A DNA stretch of 64,000 nucleotides from an uncultured Collinsella sp. Lineage in GTDB: Bacteria > Actinomycetota > Coriobacteriia > Coriobacteriales > Coriobacteriaceae. Shown piece by piece: positions 1 through 8,954 of the stretch. The stretch covers positions 8,992 to 72,991 of the forward strand of contig CALAMG010000039.1 in the NCBI GenBank assembly GCA_937925715.1, given 5' to 3'. The notes below the pieces were generated by a model. The model had not been told where the DNA came from and did not search any database. It saw nothing but the letters and a program-made list of their open reading frames with translations. The translations under genes were made by a program, and so were the position numbers. The stretch's first letter is position 1. Each line of letters starts with the position of its first letter.

Positions 1-1028
1 TAGATGGAGGCCTCGGTGGGGATACCGGCCATGGACACGTGCTCGTGCGAAGGGCCGATGCAGCTCTCCATAATGGGGTTGACGCGCGTGGTGACGGCGG
101 TGATCTTGATCACCGGGCAGACCTTGGCGCCGCCGGTGTAGCCGGGGAACTCGGGCATAGCGTAGCCGTGGCCGTTGACATCCTCGTTGATGGTCTCGTC
201 GTGCATGAGGTAGCCCTCGAGCACGTACTCGGCATTGGCAATGCACTTCTGCGGAACGGTGACGCAGTCGGCAAGCTCGACGGCGCGGCCGCGCAGGGCG
301 CCGGCGATCTGCAGCTCGTTGAAGCCGAGCGGCGTGGTGGGAGCCTCGAAGCCGCAGCACATGTACACGGCGGGGTCCAGGCCGATGGAGATGGAGATGG
401 GCATATCCTCGCCGCGCTGGCAGTACTCGTCAAAGAACGCACCCAGGTGACGGCTGCCCGGGGTGATCCACATGGCGAGCTTGTCCTTGTCGACGCAGGA
501 GAAGCGGTGGATGGTTACGTCGGACTGGGTGCCATCGGGGCTCGTGCCATAGGCGAGGCCCATGGTGATGTAGGGGCCGCCGTCAACGGGCGTGTTGGTG
601 GGAGCGGGAACGATCTTGCGCAGGTCAAAGCCCTCGTCGGTCGCCTTGTACACGACCTCCTGGCAGTCGACGTGCTTGCCCTCGGCGATCTGCTCGGGGG
701 CGATCAGGTTCTCGAAGCGCTTGCCGATCTCGAGGCCCAGGTGCTCCTCGTCCAGGTCGAGCAGGGCGGCAACGCGCTTGCGGCTGGCAAGCATACCGAT
801 GCAGACCTTGGCGTCGTCAAAGCCCTTGACGTTGTTGAAGACCATCGCCGGACCCTCTTTGGTCGGGCGCATGACGGTGCCGCCGGCACCGACGTGACGG
901 TAGACGCCCGAGACCTCGGCATCGGGATCGACCTGGGTGTCGGTCTCGAGCAGCTGGCCCGGCATCTCACGCAAAAAGTCGAGCGCGGAACGCAGGTCGT
1001 GGATCTGGGAAGCATCGGTAGTGGACAT
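1..1028 (-). CDS. lpdC: UbiD-family prFMN-dependent (de)carboxylase, gallate/protocatechuate decarboxylase LpdC/AroY type; 3' end runs off the window
   Basis: Not in the ORF track (no stop in window). Manual translation from ATG 1028 (AAGGAG RBS at 1035-1040) gives MSTTDASQIHDLRSALDFL...EVSGVYRHVGAGGTVMRPTKEGPAMVFNNVKG...SDVTIHR...AMPEFPGY...EHVSMAGIPTEASI, motifs typical of LpdC/AroY. Confidence 0.9.
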   Translation of the reverse strand, partial: MSTTDASQIHDLRSALDFLREMPGQLLETDTQVDPDAEVSGVYRHVGAGGTVMRPTKEGPAMVFNNVKGFDDAKVCIGMLASRKRVAALLDLDEEHLGLEIGKRFENLIAPEQIAEGKHVDCQEVVYKATDEGFDLRKIVPAPTNTPVDGGPYITMGLAYGTSPDGTQSDVTIHRFSCVDKDKLAMWITPGSRHLGAFFDEYCQRGEDMPISISIGLDPAVYMCCGFEAPTTPLGFNELQIAGALRGRAVELADCVTVPQKCIANAEYVLEGYLMHDETINEDVNGHGYAMPEFPGYTGGAKVCPVIKITAVTTRVNPIMESCIGPSHEHVSMAGIPTEASI

Positions 1029-1170
1029 GGCGTACTCCTTTCGGGAGAGTGTCCGGCGACGGGGTGCCGCCGGACGGGGTAACGTAATGGGGCCGCGGCG
1101 CTCACAAATGGAGCGCTCGACCACTCGAAGTTCAAGCGCTTGGCTGCTTACAGCCGGGGCGCTCGACCGC

Positions 1171-2628
1171 TTACATCAGGCCAAAGAGGTGGAACCAGGC
1201 GGCCTCGACCAGCACGACGACAAAGACGACCGCGGTGAGGGGGATGCCCATGCGCATAGCCTCTTTGGAGGTGTAGCCGCCGGCGTCCTTGCCTTCGCCG
1301 ATAAGGATCGGCAGGTTATGGAACGGCAGGATGTAGTGGATGTTGATGGACGTGAAGACGATGAGCGCCACGGCGAGTGGGCTCACGCTGGAGCCGGCGG
1401 CAAAGCTGATAAATGCCGGCACGCACACGCCGAGCACGGCCATGACCGAGCCCATGAACATGTGGATGATCATGGAAAGCGCGGCGACGAGCAGGGCGAA
1501 CAGGAAGATGTTCTCAGGCACGGAGCTGGGGAGCACGACGTCGGCGATCCAGGCGTTCATGCCGGTGGCACCGCCCACGGAGCCCACGGCCATGGCGGCC
1601 GTCAGGAACATGAGGGACTTGATATCGACAGCGTTCCAGCTGGCGGGGGTGAGGACTTCGCCAATGATGGGCATGGCGAGAGCGACACCAATGGCCAGGG
1701 TGACCCAGCCGATGTAATCGCCCGAAACGGTGAGCCACAGCGCGATGGCGATGACAAGCCACACGATGGTGCGGATCTCTTTGACGGAGAGCTTGCCGAG
1801 CGCGGCCTGCTTGGCCACGATCTGCTCGCGATCGTAGACGAGCTCCTTGCTGGGCTTAAAGAGGAAGAGGCCCAAGAACAGGGTGCACAGCAGCGCGACC
1901 AGCATAGGCACGCTCATGTACAGGAACCAGTCGACGAAGGACGGGCTCATGCCGCCGGCCTCGGCACTGTACTGTGCAACGAGGGGGTTGAGCGTGGAGT
2001 CGCCCGTCAGGAAGAACATGGAGCCCGGGGCGGCAGCGGCAAACACGAGGAAGCCGAGCTTGCCCTTGTCGTCGTCACCGTAGCCGGCGGACTCGGCGAT
2101 GACCGAGACGACGGCGAGGATGAGGAAGGCGCGGGGGAACGGATGCGGGATCAGCAGCGACAGCACAAAGGTGAGCGCGAAAATCGAGATGATGAGCGAC
2201 TTGGCGTCGCGCACGAACTTGAGCATGAACGCGTAGGCGATACGCTCGCCCAGGCCCGACTCCTTGACCGCGCTGGCGATGAGGTAGGCGCCGATGACGA
2301 GCCACATGGTGGCCTTGGTCCACGAGCTAAACGTAGAGGCGACCGTCGCCGAAATGCTCGCGGCGCCCGTGTCGTCCACGCACACCTTGAACAGGACGAG
2401 CAGCGCGCAGTAGAGCAGGCCCACAAAGCCCGGCTGTGCCACGCCACATGCCCAGAACACCACCGTGGCGAGCGTCAGTGCCAGACAGGTCTGACCGCCG
2501 ACCGTGAGCTCGACCGTCGAGCTCAGCTCCGCCAAAGGAAGAAACTTCACCAGCAAAAAGACAACGATACCCAGCACAAAGCCAATTTCGCGCTTGGTGA
2601 TCTTAAACGCCTTCTTTTCCGCTTCCAT
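1171..2628 (-). CDS. SLC13/DASS-family anion permease
   Basis: 485-aa polytopic membrane ORF with SGLGERIAY, LLIPHPFPRA, FLTGDSTLN and ILPFHNLP motifs; same strand and directly upstream of the UbiD gene. Confidence 0.8.
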   Translation of the reverse strand: MEAEKKAFKITKREIGFVLGIVVFLLVKFLPLAELSSTVELTVGGQTCLALTLATVVFWACGVAQPGFVGLLYCALLVLFKVCVDDTGAASISATVASTFSSWTKATMWLVIGAYLIASAVKESGLGERIAYAFMLKFVRDAKSLIISIFALTFVLSLLIPHPFPRAFLILAVVSVIAESAGYGDDDKGKLGFLVFAAAAPGSMFFLTGDSTLNPLVAQYSAEAGGMSPSFVDWFLYMSVPMLVALLCTLFLGLFLFKPSKELVYDREQIVAKQAALGKLSVKEIRTIVWLVIAIALWLTVSGDYIGWVTLAIGVALAMPIIGEVLTPASWNAVDIKSLMFLTAAMAVGSVGGATGMNAWIADVVLPSSVPENIFLFALLVAALSMIIHMFMGSVMAVLGVCVPAFISFAAGSSVSPLAVALIVFTSINIHYILPFHNLPILIGEGKDAGGYTSKEAMRMGIPLTAVVFVVVLVEAAWFHLFGLM

Positions 2629-2780
2629 CTCCCCACCTTTCTTGTTGGGGGCGCTCCGGATTCGCAGCCACGTTGCCGCTTAAAAAGGGGCGCCCGTTAT
2701 CGGACACCCCTTACGTTGCGCTGTGTTGCGGCAATACAGTCAAGCGGATTTTTTTGGATGAGAAGCGATTCCCTAGACAA

Positions 2781-2845
2781 AAACCGTCACAACATTCGAC
2801 GCTTTTCCTCGTTTTCGAGATTTTCGCCGAATGTTGTGACGGTTT
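2781..2845. repeat. Inverted repeat, 18-bp arms with ~29-bp spacer
   Basis: AAACCGTCACAACATTCG ... CGAATGTTGTGACGGTTT. Confidence 0.8.
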
Positions 2846-2847
2846 GG

Positions 2848-2878
2848 ATGTGACAAAGGGACTGTCCCTTTGTCACAT
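2848..2878. repeat. REP-like palindrome, family A (ATGTGACAAAGGGAC-T-GTCCCTTTGTCACAT)
   Basis: Perfect 15-bp arms; overlaps the stop codon of the lpdD-idi gene. Confidence 0.9.
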
Positions 2879-3820
2879 AGCGAGGGCCGTACGGATGGAT
2901 GGGTCGCTGAGAGCCTCGCGGAGCCAGGGGGCCAGCTGCTCGGGGTGACCCTGCAGGTAGCCGTCGAGCTCGGACGGGGCCACGCGGCGCAACTCCGAGA
3001 TCTCCTCTTGGTTGATATGCAGCTCGCCCGGCTCAACATGGGCAAGGTAGACCTCGCACCATTCGCACTCGCAGCGGCCGTCGCCGTGGTCCTCACGGTA
3101 CACCACGTGTCCGAGGTGCTCGAGCTGATCGGGCTCGCGTGTAATGCCGAGCTCTTCGTTGATGCGGCGCACCGTGGCGGCCGCGACGTCTTCCCCGGGG
3201 AGCGGATGGCCGGCACAGCTATCGGCCAGCACTCCGCCCCACAGTCGCTTGAGCGGACTGCGGCGACAGAGCAGCAGGCGCGCGTCTTCGCCCCGGCCCT
3301 CGACCAAAAGCGTCAGAAATGCCTGATGCAGGATGCCCTCGCCGGCATGGGCATCGATGCGGTCGACGGGGCCAAGCGCCTCGCCGGTCGCGGCATCGAC
3401 CGCCACGACCTCGGCGCCCGCGCCGCCCTCATCCCAACCGGCGCGCAGGATGCGCGCGGCGGCTTCCTCAAGCGCGGCGATGAGCTCCTTGGTGGTATCG
3501 AGCACGCGCTGCAGGTCGTCCCCGCTCGCCTGTTCAACATGAAAGCCCGTGCTTGCAACTACCGGCACGTCAAAGCGCGTGGCCAGCGCCGCCGCGATAT
3601 CGTGCGCCGGGATCTCGTCTCGATGGCACGGAACGGCCAGGATGCTCACCGTCGCCGTACGGCCGGGCTCGGGGCGCGGAATGGCCTGCGCCGTGGCGCC
3701 CAGGTGCGCAAACTCCGGCGAGCAGGCGTACACCGCCATGCCTCGCGGCGTCACCGTCAGCTGGGCCTCGAGCGCAAACTTGCCCTCGCCCACTGCAACC
3801 TTTGTCGTGTGCATACCCAT
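2873..3820 (-). CDS. Fusion protein: LpdD-like prFMN chaperone domain plus IDI type-1/Nudix domain
   Basis: Start moved to ATG 3820 (AGGAGA RBS). The N-terminal part has AHLGATAQA, PCHRDEIPA and STGFHV (LpdD-like). The C-terminal part has DAHAGEGILHQAF, RRSPLKRLWGG, DSCAGHP, RRINEELG, ECEWCEVY and APW (IDI-1-like). Confidence 0.75.
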   Translation of the reverse strand: MGMHTTKVAVGEGKFALEAQLTVTPRGMAVYACSPEFAHLGATAQAIPRPEPGRTATVSILAVPCHRDEIPAHDIAAALATRFDVPVVASTGFHVEQASGDDLQRVLDTTKELIAALEEAAARILRAGWDEGGAGAEVVAVDAATGEALGPVDRIDAHAGEGILHQAFLTLLVEGRGEDARLLLCRRSPLKRLWGGVLADSCAGHPLPGEDVAAATVRRINEELGITREPDQLEHLGHVVYREDHGDGRCECEWCEVYLAHVEPGELHINQEEISELRRVAPSELDGYLQGHPEQLAPWLREALSDPSIRTALAM

Positions 3821-3892
3821 GGGATCTCCTGTCGCCCGCGATGTACCTGAGACCATCTTCGCCTGTATTGCGACTATACAGGCAAGCTCTCC

Positions 3893-3923
3893 ATGTGACA
3901 AAGAGACTGTCCCTTTGTCACAT
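3893..3923. repeat. REP-like palindrome, family A
   Basis: ATGTGACAAAGAGACTGTCCCTTTGTCACAT, one mismatch. Confidence 0.9.
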
Positions 3924-3981
3924 TCTGTTAGAGTTGCAGGGATTGAATCCCGCTTATTCATGCGACATTGGAGTGACAACC

Positions 3982-5235
3982 TTGACCGCCGCAACCACGC
4001 CTAAAAGTAAGCCAACCGCCGCCGCGCTCTCCCCCGCGCGCACCAAGCTCTGCCTGGCGCTGCTCGTGCTGTTGGGATTCTCGCTCGGCTGCTCCGAGTT
4101 CGTGGTCATCGGCATCGAAAGCGACTTGGCAACGGAACTCGGCATATCACTTGCCACTGCGGGCCAGCTCATCAGCGTGTTTGCGCTCGTCTACGCTATC
4201 GCGACGCCGGTGCTCGCGCTCAGCACGGGGCGATTCCGCCGCTACCAGCTGCTCGTGTGCTATAGCGTCGTCTTTGTGCTCGGCAACCTGGTCATGGCGT
4301 TGGCCCCCAACTTCCAGGTGCTGTTTATCTCACGCATTGTCCTGGGCTCTGTCTCGGGTGCGCTGCTCGCCGTGGGCGTGACGTACATCCCTGAGCTGCT
4401 ATCCCCGCAGCAAACCTCACTTGCCATCTCGGTCGTGTACGGCGCGTTTTCCGTGGCGATGGTCTTTGTGACCTCGATTGGCAAGTTTGTGGCCGACACA
4501 CTCGATTGGCACGTGGCCATGTACGGCACGCTGACCTTTGCCGTTTTGATCTGTAGCGCGCTCGTGGCGTTTATGCCTCGCGCCGGGCAGACCGATGAGC
4601 CCGCCACCTTCCGCGAGCAGGCGGGGCTACTACGCGAGCCGAGTATCATCACCGGCATGCTCATCTTCTTGTTTGGCGTGGGCTCGGTCTACGTATTCTA
4701 CGGCTACGTGACGCCTTATCTGGAGCAGATGCTGGGCATGGATACCGTTCAGGCGAGCACCACACTTATGGCCTATGGCGTGTTCTGCCTGATCTCGAAC
4801 ATCCTGGGCGGATGGATCGATGCGCGTTTTGGCATGAAGGCGCTGCTGGTTACGTTTGTGCTGCAGGCGGCGGCACTGCTCGGGCTGTTTGCCGTGGGCG
4901 CCGCCATGCCGCTCGCGCTGGTCTTTGTCTTTAGCCTGGCGATGCTCATGTACCTGTTCTCGGTCTCATGCATCACGCACTTTATGGACGTGGCACGCAG
5001 CCGCCATCCCAAGTCGATGGTACTCGCAAGTTCGGTTGAGCCCATGGCGTTTAACGTCGGCATCTCGTTTGGCACCGCAGTGGGCGGCGCCGTGGTAAGC
5101 AGCATTGGCATTGCGTACGTGGGTGCAGTGGGCGCCGCGTTCTCGCTTGTGGCCTGGGCGCTCACGCTGGTGACGATTAAGTTGGCTCGCTGGGAGCGCC
5201 GTCGTCAATCTGCACAGCCCCGGATGCAGGCATAG
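3982..5235 (+). CDS. MFS transporter (DHA1, PbuE/AraJ-like)
   Basis: GCSEFVVIG, AGQLISVFALVYAIATP and SRIVLG motifs, about 12 TM; TTG start at 3982 after GGAG, in frame with ORF 3553..5235. Confidence 0.85.
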   Translation: MTAATTPKSKPTAAALSPARTKLCLALLVLLGFSLGCSEFVVIGIESDLATELGISLATAGQLISVFALVYAIATPVLALSTGRFRRYQLLVCYSVVFVLGNLVMALAPNFQVLFISRIVLGSVSGALLAVGVTYIPELLSPQQTSLAISVVYGAFSVAMVFVTSIGKFVADTLDWHVAMYGTLTFAVLICSALVAFMPRAGQTDEPATFREQAGLLREPSIITGMLIFLFGVGSVYVFYGYVTPYLEQMLGMDTVQASTTLMAYGVFCLISNILGGWIDARFGMKALLVTFVLQAAALLGLFAVGAAMPLALVFVFSLAMLMYLFSVSCITHFMDVARSRHPKSMVLASSVEPMAFNVGISFGTAVGGAVVSSIGIAYVGAVGAAFSLVAWALTLVTIKLARWERRRQSAQPRMQA

Positions 5236-5320
5236 GGGCGAACATAGCCCAAGGTGGCGAGCAACCGGTGAAAACCGTCCCATACGAGTAGTGTTTATCC
5301 GCCTGCAAGCTCCAGCAGTG

Positions 5321-5417
5321 CAATTTCGTGTACTTCAGATACACACTTTTCTACTATTTCGTGTATTCCAAGTACATGAAATCGTACTAAACTATGTATC
5401 TGAAGTACACGAAATTG
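5321..5417. promoter_or_regulatory. Three imperfect palindromic boxes at 33-bp period upstream of the AAA ATPase gene (putative operator)
   Basis: Boxes start at 5324, 5357 and 5390. The outer two form a perfect 23-bp inverted repeat, CAATTTCGTGTACTTCAGATACA / TGTATCTGAAGTACACGAAATTG. Confidence 0.7.
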
Positions 5418-5430
5418 GAAAGGCGGCCCC

Positions 5431-6801
5431 ATGCGCAGATCAATCGAATCCGTTATCGAATCATGGGCGACAAAGGACGCGTCGCGCCCCCTCCTCATCC
5501 GTGGTGCGCGACGCGTAGGCAAAACGTACGTTGCCGAGGAAATCGGCAGACGAATCGCCGGCGATGCGTTTGTCAAACTCGACTTTCAGACCGATCTTGA
5601 GCTGATCGCTCCGCTGTTCGACTGTCCCACCGACGACGTTAACGCCATCGTGGCGCGAATCTCAGACTATAAACGCACCCCCATTCGCAAAGAAACCGCC
5701 TTCATCCTGTTTGACGAGGTGCAGCTCTGCGAACGGGCGCTCAACTCGCTTCGCTTTTTTTCGGGTTCGGGCTGGCGCATATGCGCGACCGGCAGTCAGC
5801 TCGGCGTCGCCACGCGCAAGCGCAAGTTGCCTTTTCCCAGCGGCGTTCGTCAAGAGACCATGCATCCTATGTCGTTCGAGGAGTTTCTCTGGGCGCTCGA
5901 CGAGGAGCAGATGGCCAATGCCATTCGTACCCACGCCGGCACGCTCGAGACCTACGCCGCGCACCAAGCCGCGCTCAGCCTGTTTCATCGATACCAGATC
6001 GTGGGCGGCATGCCCGCCGCCGTCAACGCATATCGCAAGACGTTATCCATCGAGGATGCGCGCGTCGAGCAGCGCGAAATCGACGAGACCTATACCGCCG
6101 ATATGACCGACCCCGAAAACGGGATCAGCGGCGTGGCGGCGCGCAAGGTCTGGCGCTCCATTCCGTCCCAGCTGCTGAGATCGTCCACAAAAAAATTCAA
6201 GTACTCCGAGGTCGAACGCGGAGGCCGTCGCGCCAAGCTTATCGAGCCGCTCGACTGGCTCGAAGGCGCCGGCATCATATCGGTCAACAACCTGACCGAA
6301 GGCATCGAGCCTCCCCTCGTTCCCTTCGACGACGAAGATGGAAGTTTCTTTAAGGTCTATCTTCTCGATACCGGCCTCATGTTCTACAAACTCGGCATCA
6401 ACCCGCGGCTCTGGCTCGACCTCAAAGAGGATTCCGCCATAGCGCTATCTTCCGACTTCCGAGGCGCCCTGGCGGAAAACTCGGTCATGCAAGCATTTTC
6501 GGGCAATAGCTTGCAGACGTATTACTGGGTGCCGCCGTCGTCTTGGAAGACGACCGGCGAGCTCGATTTTTTACTTCAGACCGACCGTATGGAAATTGTG
6601 CCCGTCGAAGTAAAGTCCGCACGTAACGTGCGCGCGAGAACCCTCGGGTCGTTTATGGACAAAGCCCGATCGCCATATGCCTACATTTTGTCCGAGAACA
6701 ATTTTTCCCGCAGCGAAACCGATGACGGGCGCGAGCTGCGCCACTTCCCCTTGTACGCAGCGGGCTTTATTGGAGCAAACTGCCTCAAGAGCAGTCTGTA
6801 A
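5431..6801 (+). CDS. ATP-binding protein, AAA_14 + DUF4143
   Basis: Walker A GARRVGKT, Walker B FDEVQ, HPMSFEEF, VGGMP, KVYLLDTG, and C-terminal ELDF...PVEVKS. Confidence 0.9.
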   Translation: MRRSIESVIESWATKDASRPLLIRGARRVGKTYVAEEIGRRIAGDAFVKLDFQTDLELIAPLFDCPTDDVNAIVARISDYKRTPIRKETAFILFDEVQLCERALNSLRFFSGSGWRICATGSQLGVATRKRKLPFPSGVRQETMHPMSFEEFLWALDEEQMANAIRTHAGTLETYAAHQAALSLFHRYQIVGGMPAAVNAYRKTLSIEDARVEQREIDETYTADMTDPENGISGVAARKVWRSIPSQLLRSSTKKFKYSEVERGGRRAKLIEPLDWLEGAGIISVNNLTEGIEPPLVPFDDEDGSFFKVYLLDTGLMFYKLGINPRLWLDLKEDSAIALSSDFRGALAENSVMQAFSGNSLQTYYWVPPSSWKTTGELDFLLQTDRMEIVPVEVKSARNVRARTLGSFMDKARSPYAYILSENNFSRSETDDGRELRHFPLYAAGFIGANCLKSSL

Positions 6802-6834
6802 GCCCTGCGCGACCGCCTAGAAAGGAAGCCGCTC

Positions 6835-7284
6835 ATGCAACGCATTCTTTTTATCTGCTATGGAAATATCTGTCGCTCGACGATGGCTGAGTCCGTGTTT
6901 ACCGAGCTGGTGCGGCGCGCCGGGCGCGCGGGCGAGTTTGTCATTGACTCCGCTGCGACCTCAACTGAGGAGATCGGCAACCCGCCGCATCATGGCACGG
7001 TCGCCAAGCTGCGCGAAGTCGGGATTCCCGTCGTTGCGCACCGTGCCCGCCAGGTGCGTCGCGCGGAGTATGGCGACTGGGATCACATTGTCAATATGGA
7101 TGCTGAGAACGCGCGGGGCCTGCGTCGCATCTTTGGCGACGCAGGCCCCGACGGAAAGATTACGCGCTTGCTCGATTGGACCGAGTGTCCCGGCGACGTG
7201 GCCGACCCCTGGTACACCGGCAATTTCGATGCCACCTACCGCGATGTGCTCGCCGGTTGCACCGCTATGCTCGAGCAGCTGTAG
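6835..7284 (+). CDS. Low-molecular-weight protein-tyrosine phosphatase
   Basis: CYGNICRS P-loop and DPWY motif. Confidence 0.92.
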   Translation: MQRILFICYGNICRSTMAESVFTELVRRAGRAGEFVIDSAATSTEEIGNPPHHGTVAKLREVGIPVVAHRARQVRRAEYGDWDHIVNMDAENARGLRRIFGDAGPDGKITRLLDWTECPGDVADPWYTGNFDATYRDVLAGCTAMLEQL

Positions 7285-7321
7285 GTTCGTGGGCGCACGA
7301 ACCGCGCCCACGGCATAAATC

Positions 7322-7385
7322 GAGCGTAGATTTTCTCCCACTTTGAGCGTTCAAGTGCGCTCTATACGGGAGAAAATCCACGCTC
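7322..7385. repeat. Inverted repeat, 18-bp arms with 28-bp spacer
   Basis: GAGCGTAGATTTTCTCCC ... GGGAGAAAATCCACGCTC. Confidence 0.7.
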
Positions 7386-7387
7386 AT

Positions 7388-7410
7388 GAATGTGACAAAG
7401 GGACTGGCCC
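7388..7410. repeat. Truncated REP-like palindrome, family A (half copy)
   Basis: GAATGTGACAAAGGGACTGGCCC, abutting the stop codon of the second ATPase gene. Confidence 0.8.
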
Positions 7411-8771
7411 TAGACCGGCTTGACCTCCAGCTTTATCCCCTCGGCGCAGGAGTCGCCCAAAACATCCGAAAGGGCCCAGGTCGCATATAGCGGCAAATAG
7501 AGAACCGCTCCGTTGCGCTCAACGTTGCCTCTCGAGAAAACAATCCCGAGCCTTACGCCATATTCAGCCGTATCAAGCACATGACCGAGCGCAGCGTGCG
7601 CGTGGTAATAGGAGCCCGATTTAACCTCGATCGGAACAGCCGTCCCATCCGGTCCGTCGACCACAAAGTCCACTTCACCGCGCTTTTTTGTCTGATAGTA
7701 GTAAAGCTGGCGATTTTGGGCAGCCAGCTGCTGGGCCACCACGTTTTCGTAAATGCCGCCCAGATTGGGCTCCTTGCTATCAAGATACGCCGCTTGGGCG
7801 ACTCCAACGGGGTAGCGCGCCATCAACATGCCCGTATCCGATTGGTATAGCTTGAACTGCGATGGCCGTGCCGTCTTGAGCAGGGGCGACTTTGGCTCGG
7901 TTACGATATCGGCTTTGAGAGCAACGCCGGCATCGACAAGCCAGACAAAATCTCGCTGGTACTTCTCATAATGCGCCTTGGGGTCAATGGAATTGAGCAC
8001 GAAACGCTTGTGTTCGCCCTCGAGCATAATAGGGAGCTGATCGTAGATGCTCTGCACCTGCAGGGCTCGCCCGCTTGCATACTTGGAGATATCCCGCCGG
8101 TACTGTTCGTTGAGCTCTGACTGTAGCTGACGAACAGAGGCAAGGTCGCCCTGCGTGTCAAGGAAACGCTGCACGACCTCCGGCATTCCGCCGACAACGG
8201 TATAGGTCCTGAAGTTTGCCATCATCGCGTCATGAATGTAATCAGGAATGGGCCTCTCGCTGATACACGCGTCACGTATCGTTTGGCGAGCCCCCTCGCT
8301 CACCCCGGTTGCCCAGCAAAACTCCTCAAAATCGAGCGGGAACATCCTAAGCTCGTGGACATACCCCACGGGATAGGACCTGACGCCCTTGAACTGGGTC
8401 CCGAGCATTGACCCCGAAAACGCCCAGCGGCACCTCCCGTCCTCAACAAGGAACTTTGCCATCGTCATGATGTCGGGGGCCTCTTGGACCTCATCGATAA
8501 ACACGAGCGTTTTGCCTGGTGCAATCGACTTTCCCGAAAGAAGCGTCACCCTGCTGATGAAATCATCGGCATCCCGCGCCTCGAGAAGAGCATCTTTTGC
8601 CTGGCGATTTTCCATGAGGTTAAGCTCGATGTAGGTTGCATGGCTGGCTTTGCCAAATGCGCGAATCGAATAGCTTTTGCCGATCTGGCGAGAACCCGTG
8701 ATGAATAAGGCCTTTTGCTCGGCAGACTTCAGCCAACGCTCCAGCTCTGCCGCTATTTTCCTGCGCAGCAT
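7410..8771 (-). CDS. ATP-binding protein, AAA_14 + DUF4143 (second, divergent paralog)
   Basis: GSRQIGKS, FIDEVQ, FPLDFEEF, VGGMPEVV, KLYQSDTG, EVDF...PIEVKSG; ATG 8771 with GGAGAG RBS. Confidence 0.9.
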   Translation of the reverse strand: MLRRKIAAELERWLKSAEQKALFITGSRQIGKSYSIRAFGKASHATYIELNLMENRQAKDALLEARDADDFISRVTLLSGKSIAPGKTLVFIDEVQEAPDIMTMAKFLVEDGRCRWAFSGSMLGTQFKGVRSYPVGYVHELRMFPLDFEEFCWATGVSEGARQTIRDACISERPIPDYIHDAMMANFRTYTVVGGMPEVVQRFLDTQGDLASVRQLQSELNEQYRRDISKYASGRALQVQSIYDQLPIMLEGEHKRFVLNSIDPKAHYEKYQRDFVWLVDAGVALKADIVTEPKSPLLKTARPSQFKLYQSDTGMLMARYPVGVAQAAYLDSKEPNLGGIYENVVAQQLAAQNRQLYYYQTKKRGEVDFVVDGPDGTAVPIEVKSGSYYHAHAALGHVLDTAEYGVRLGIVFSRGNVERNGAVLYLPLYATWALSDVLGDSCAEGIKLEVKPV

Positions 8772-8796
8772 AGGCTCTCCCCTCAGTGTCATCAAA

Positions 8797-8879
8797 TGAA
8801 ATGCAAAGTTTTATGCGCTTAATTATCGATGAAATGTAGGATTTTTAGAACCTAAAATCGGATGAAATGCAGAGATTTA
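8797..8879. promoter_or_regulatory. Three direct-repeat boxes at 33-bp period upstream of the second ATPase gene
   Basis: TGAAATGCAAAGTTTT (8797), TGAAATGTAGGATTTT (8830), TGAAATGCAGAGATTT (8863). Confidence 0.7.
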
Positions 8880-8913
8880 GGATTATAAGCAAAAAGAAGG
8901 GGCAGCCCCGGCG

Positions 8914-8946
8914 AATGTGACAAAGGGGCTGTCCCTTTGCCACATT
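8914..8946. repeat. REP-like palindrome, family A
   Basis: AATGTGACAAAGGGGCTGTCCCTTTGCCACATT. Confidence 0.85.
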
Positions 8947-8954
8947 GCGCTCGA

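Noticed and set aside
39..2853. Long + strand ORFs 39..1082 and 937..2853, and other long antisense ORFs such as 21363..23051, 30755..32971 and 42805..44985
   Set aside because: Shadow ORFs opposite well-supported genes, expected in high-GC DNA
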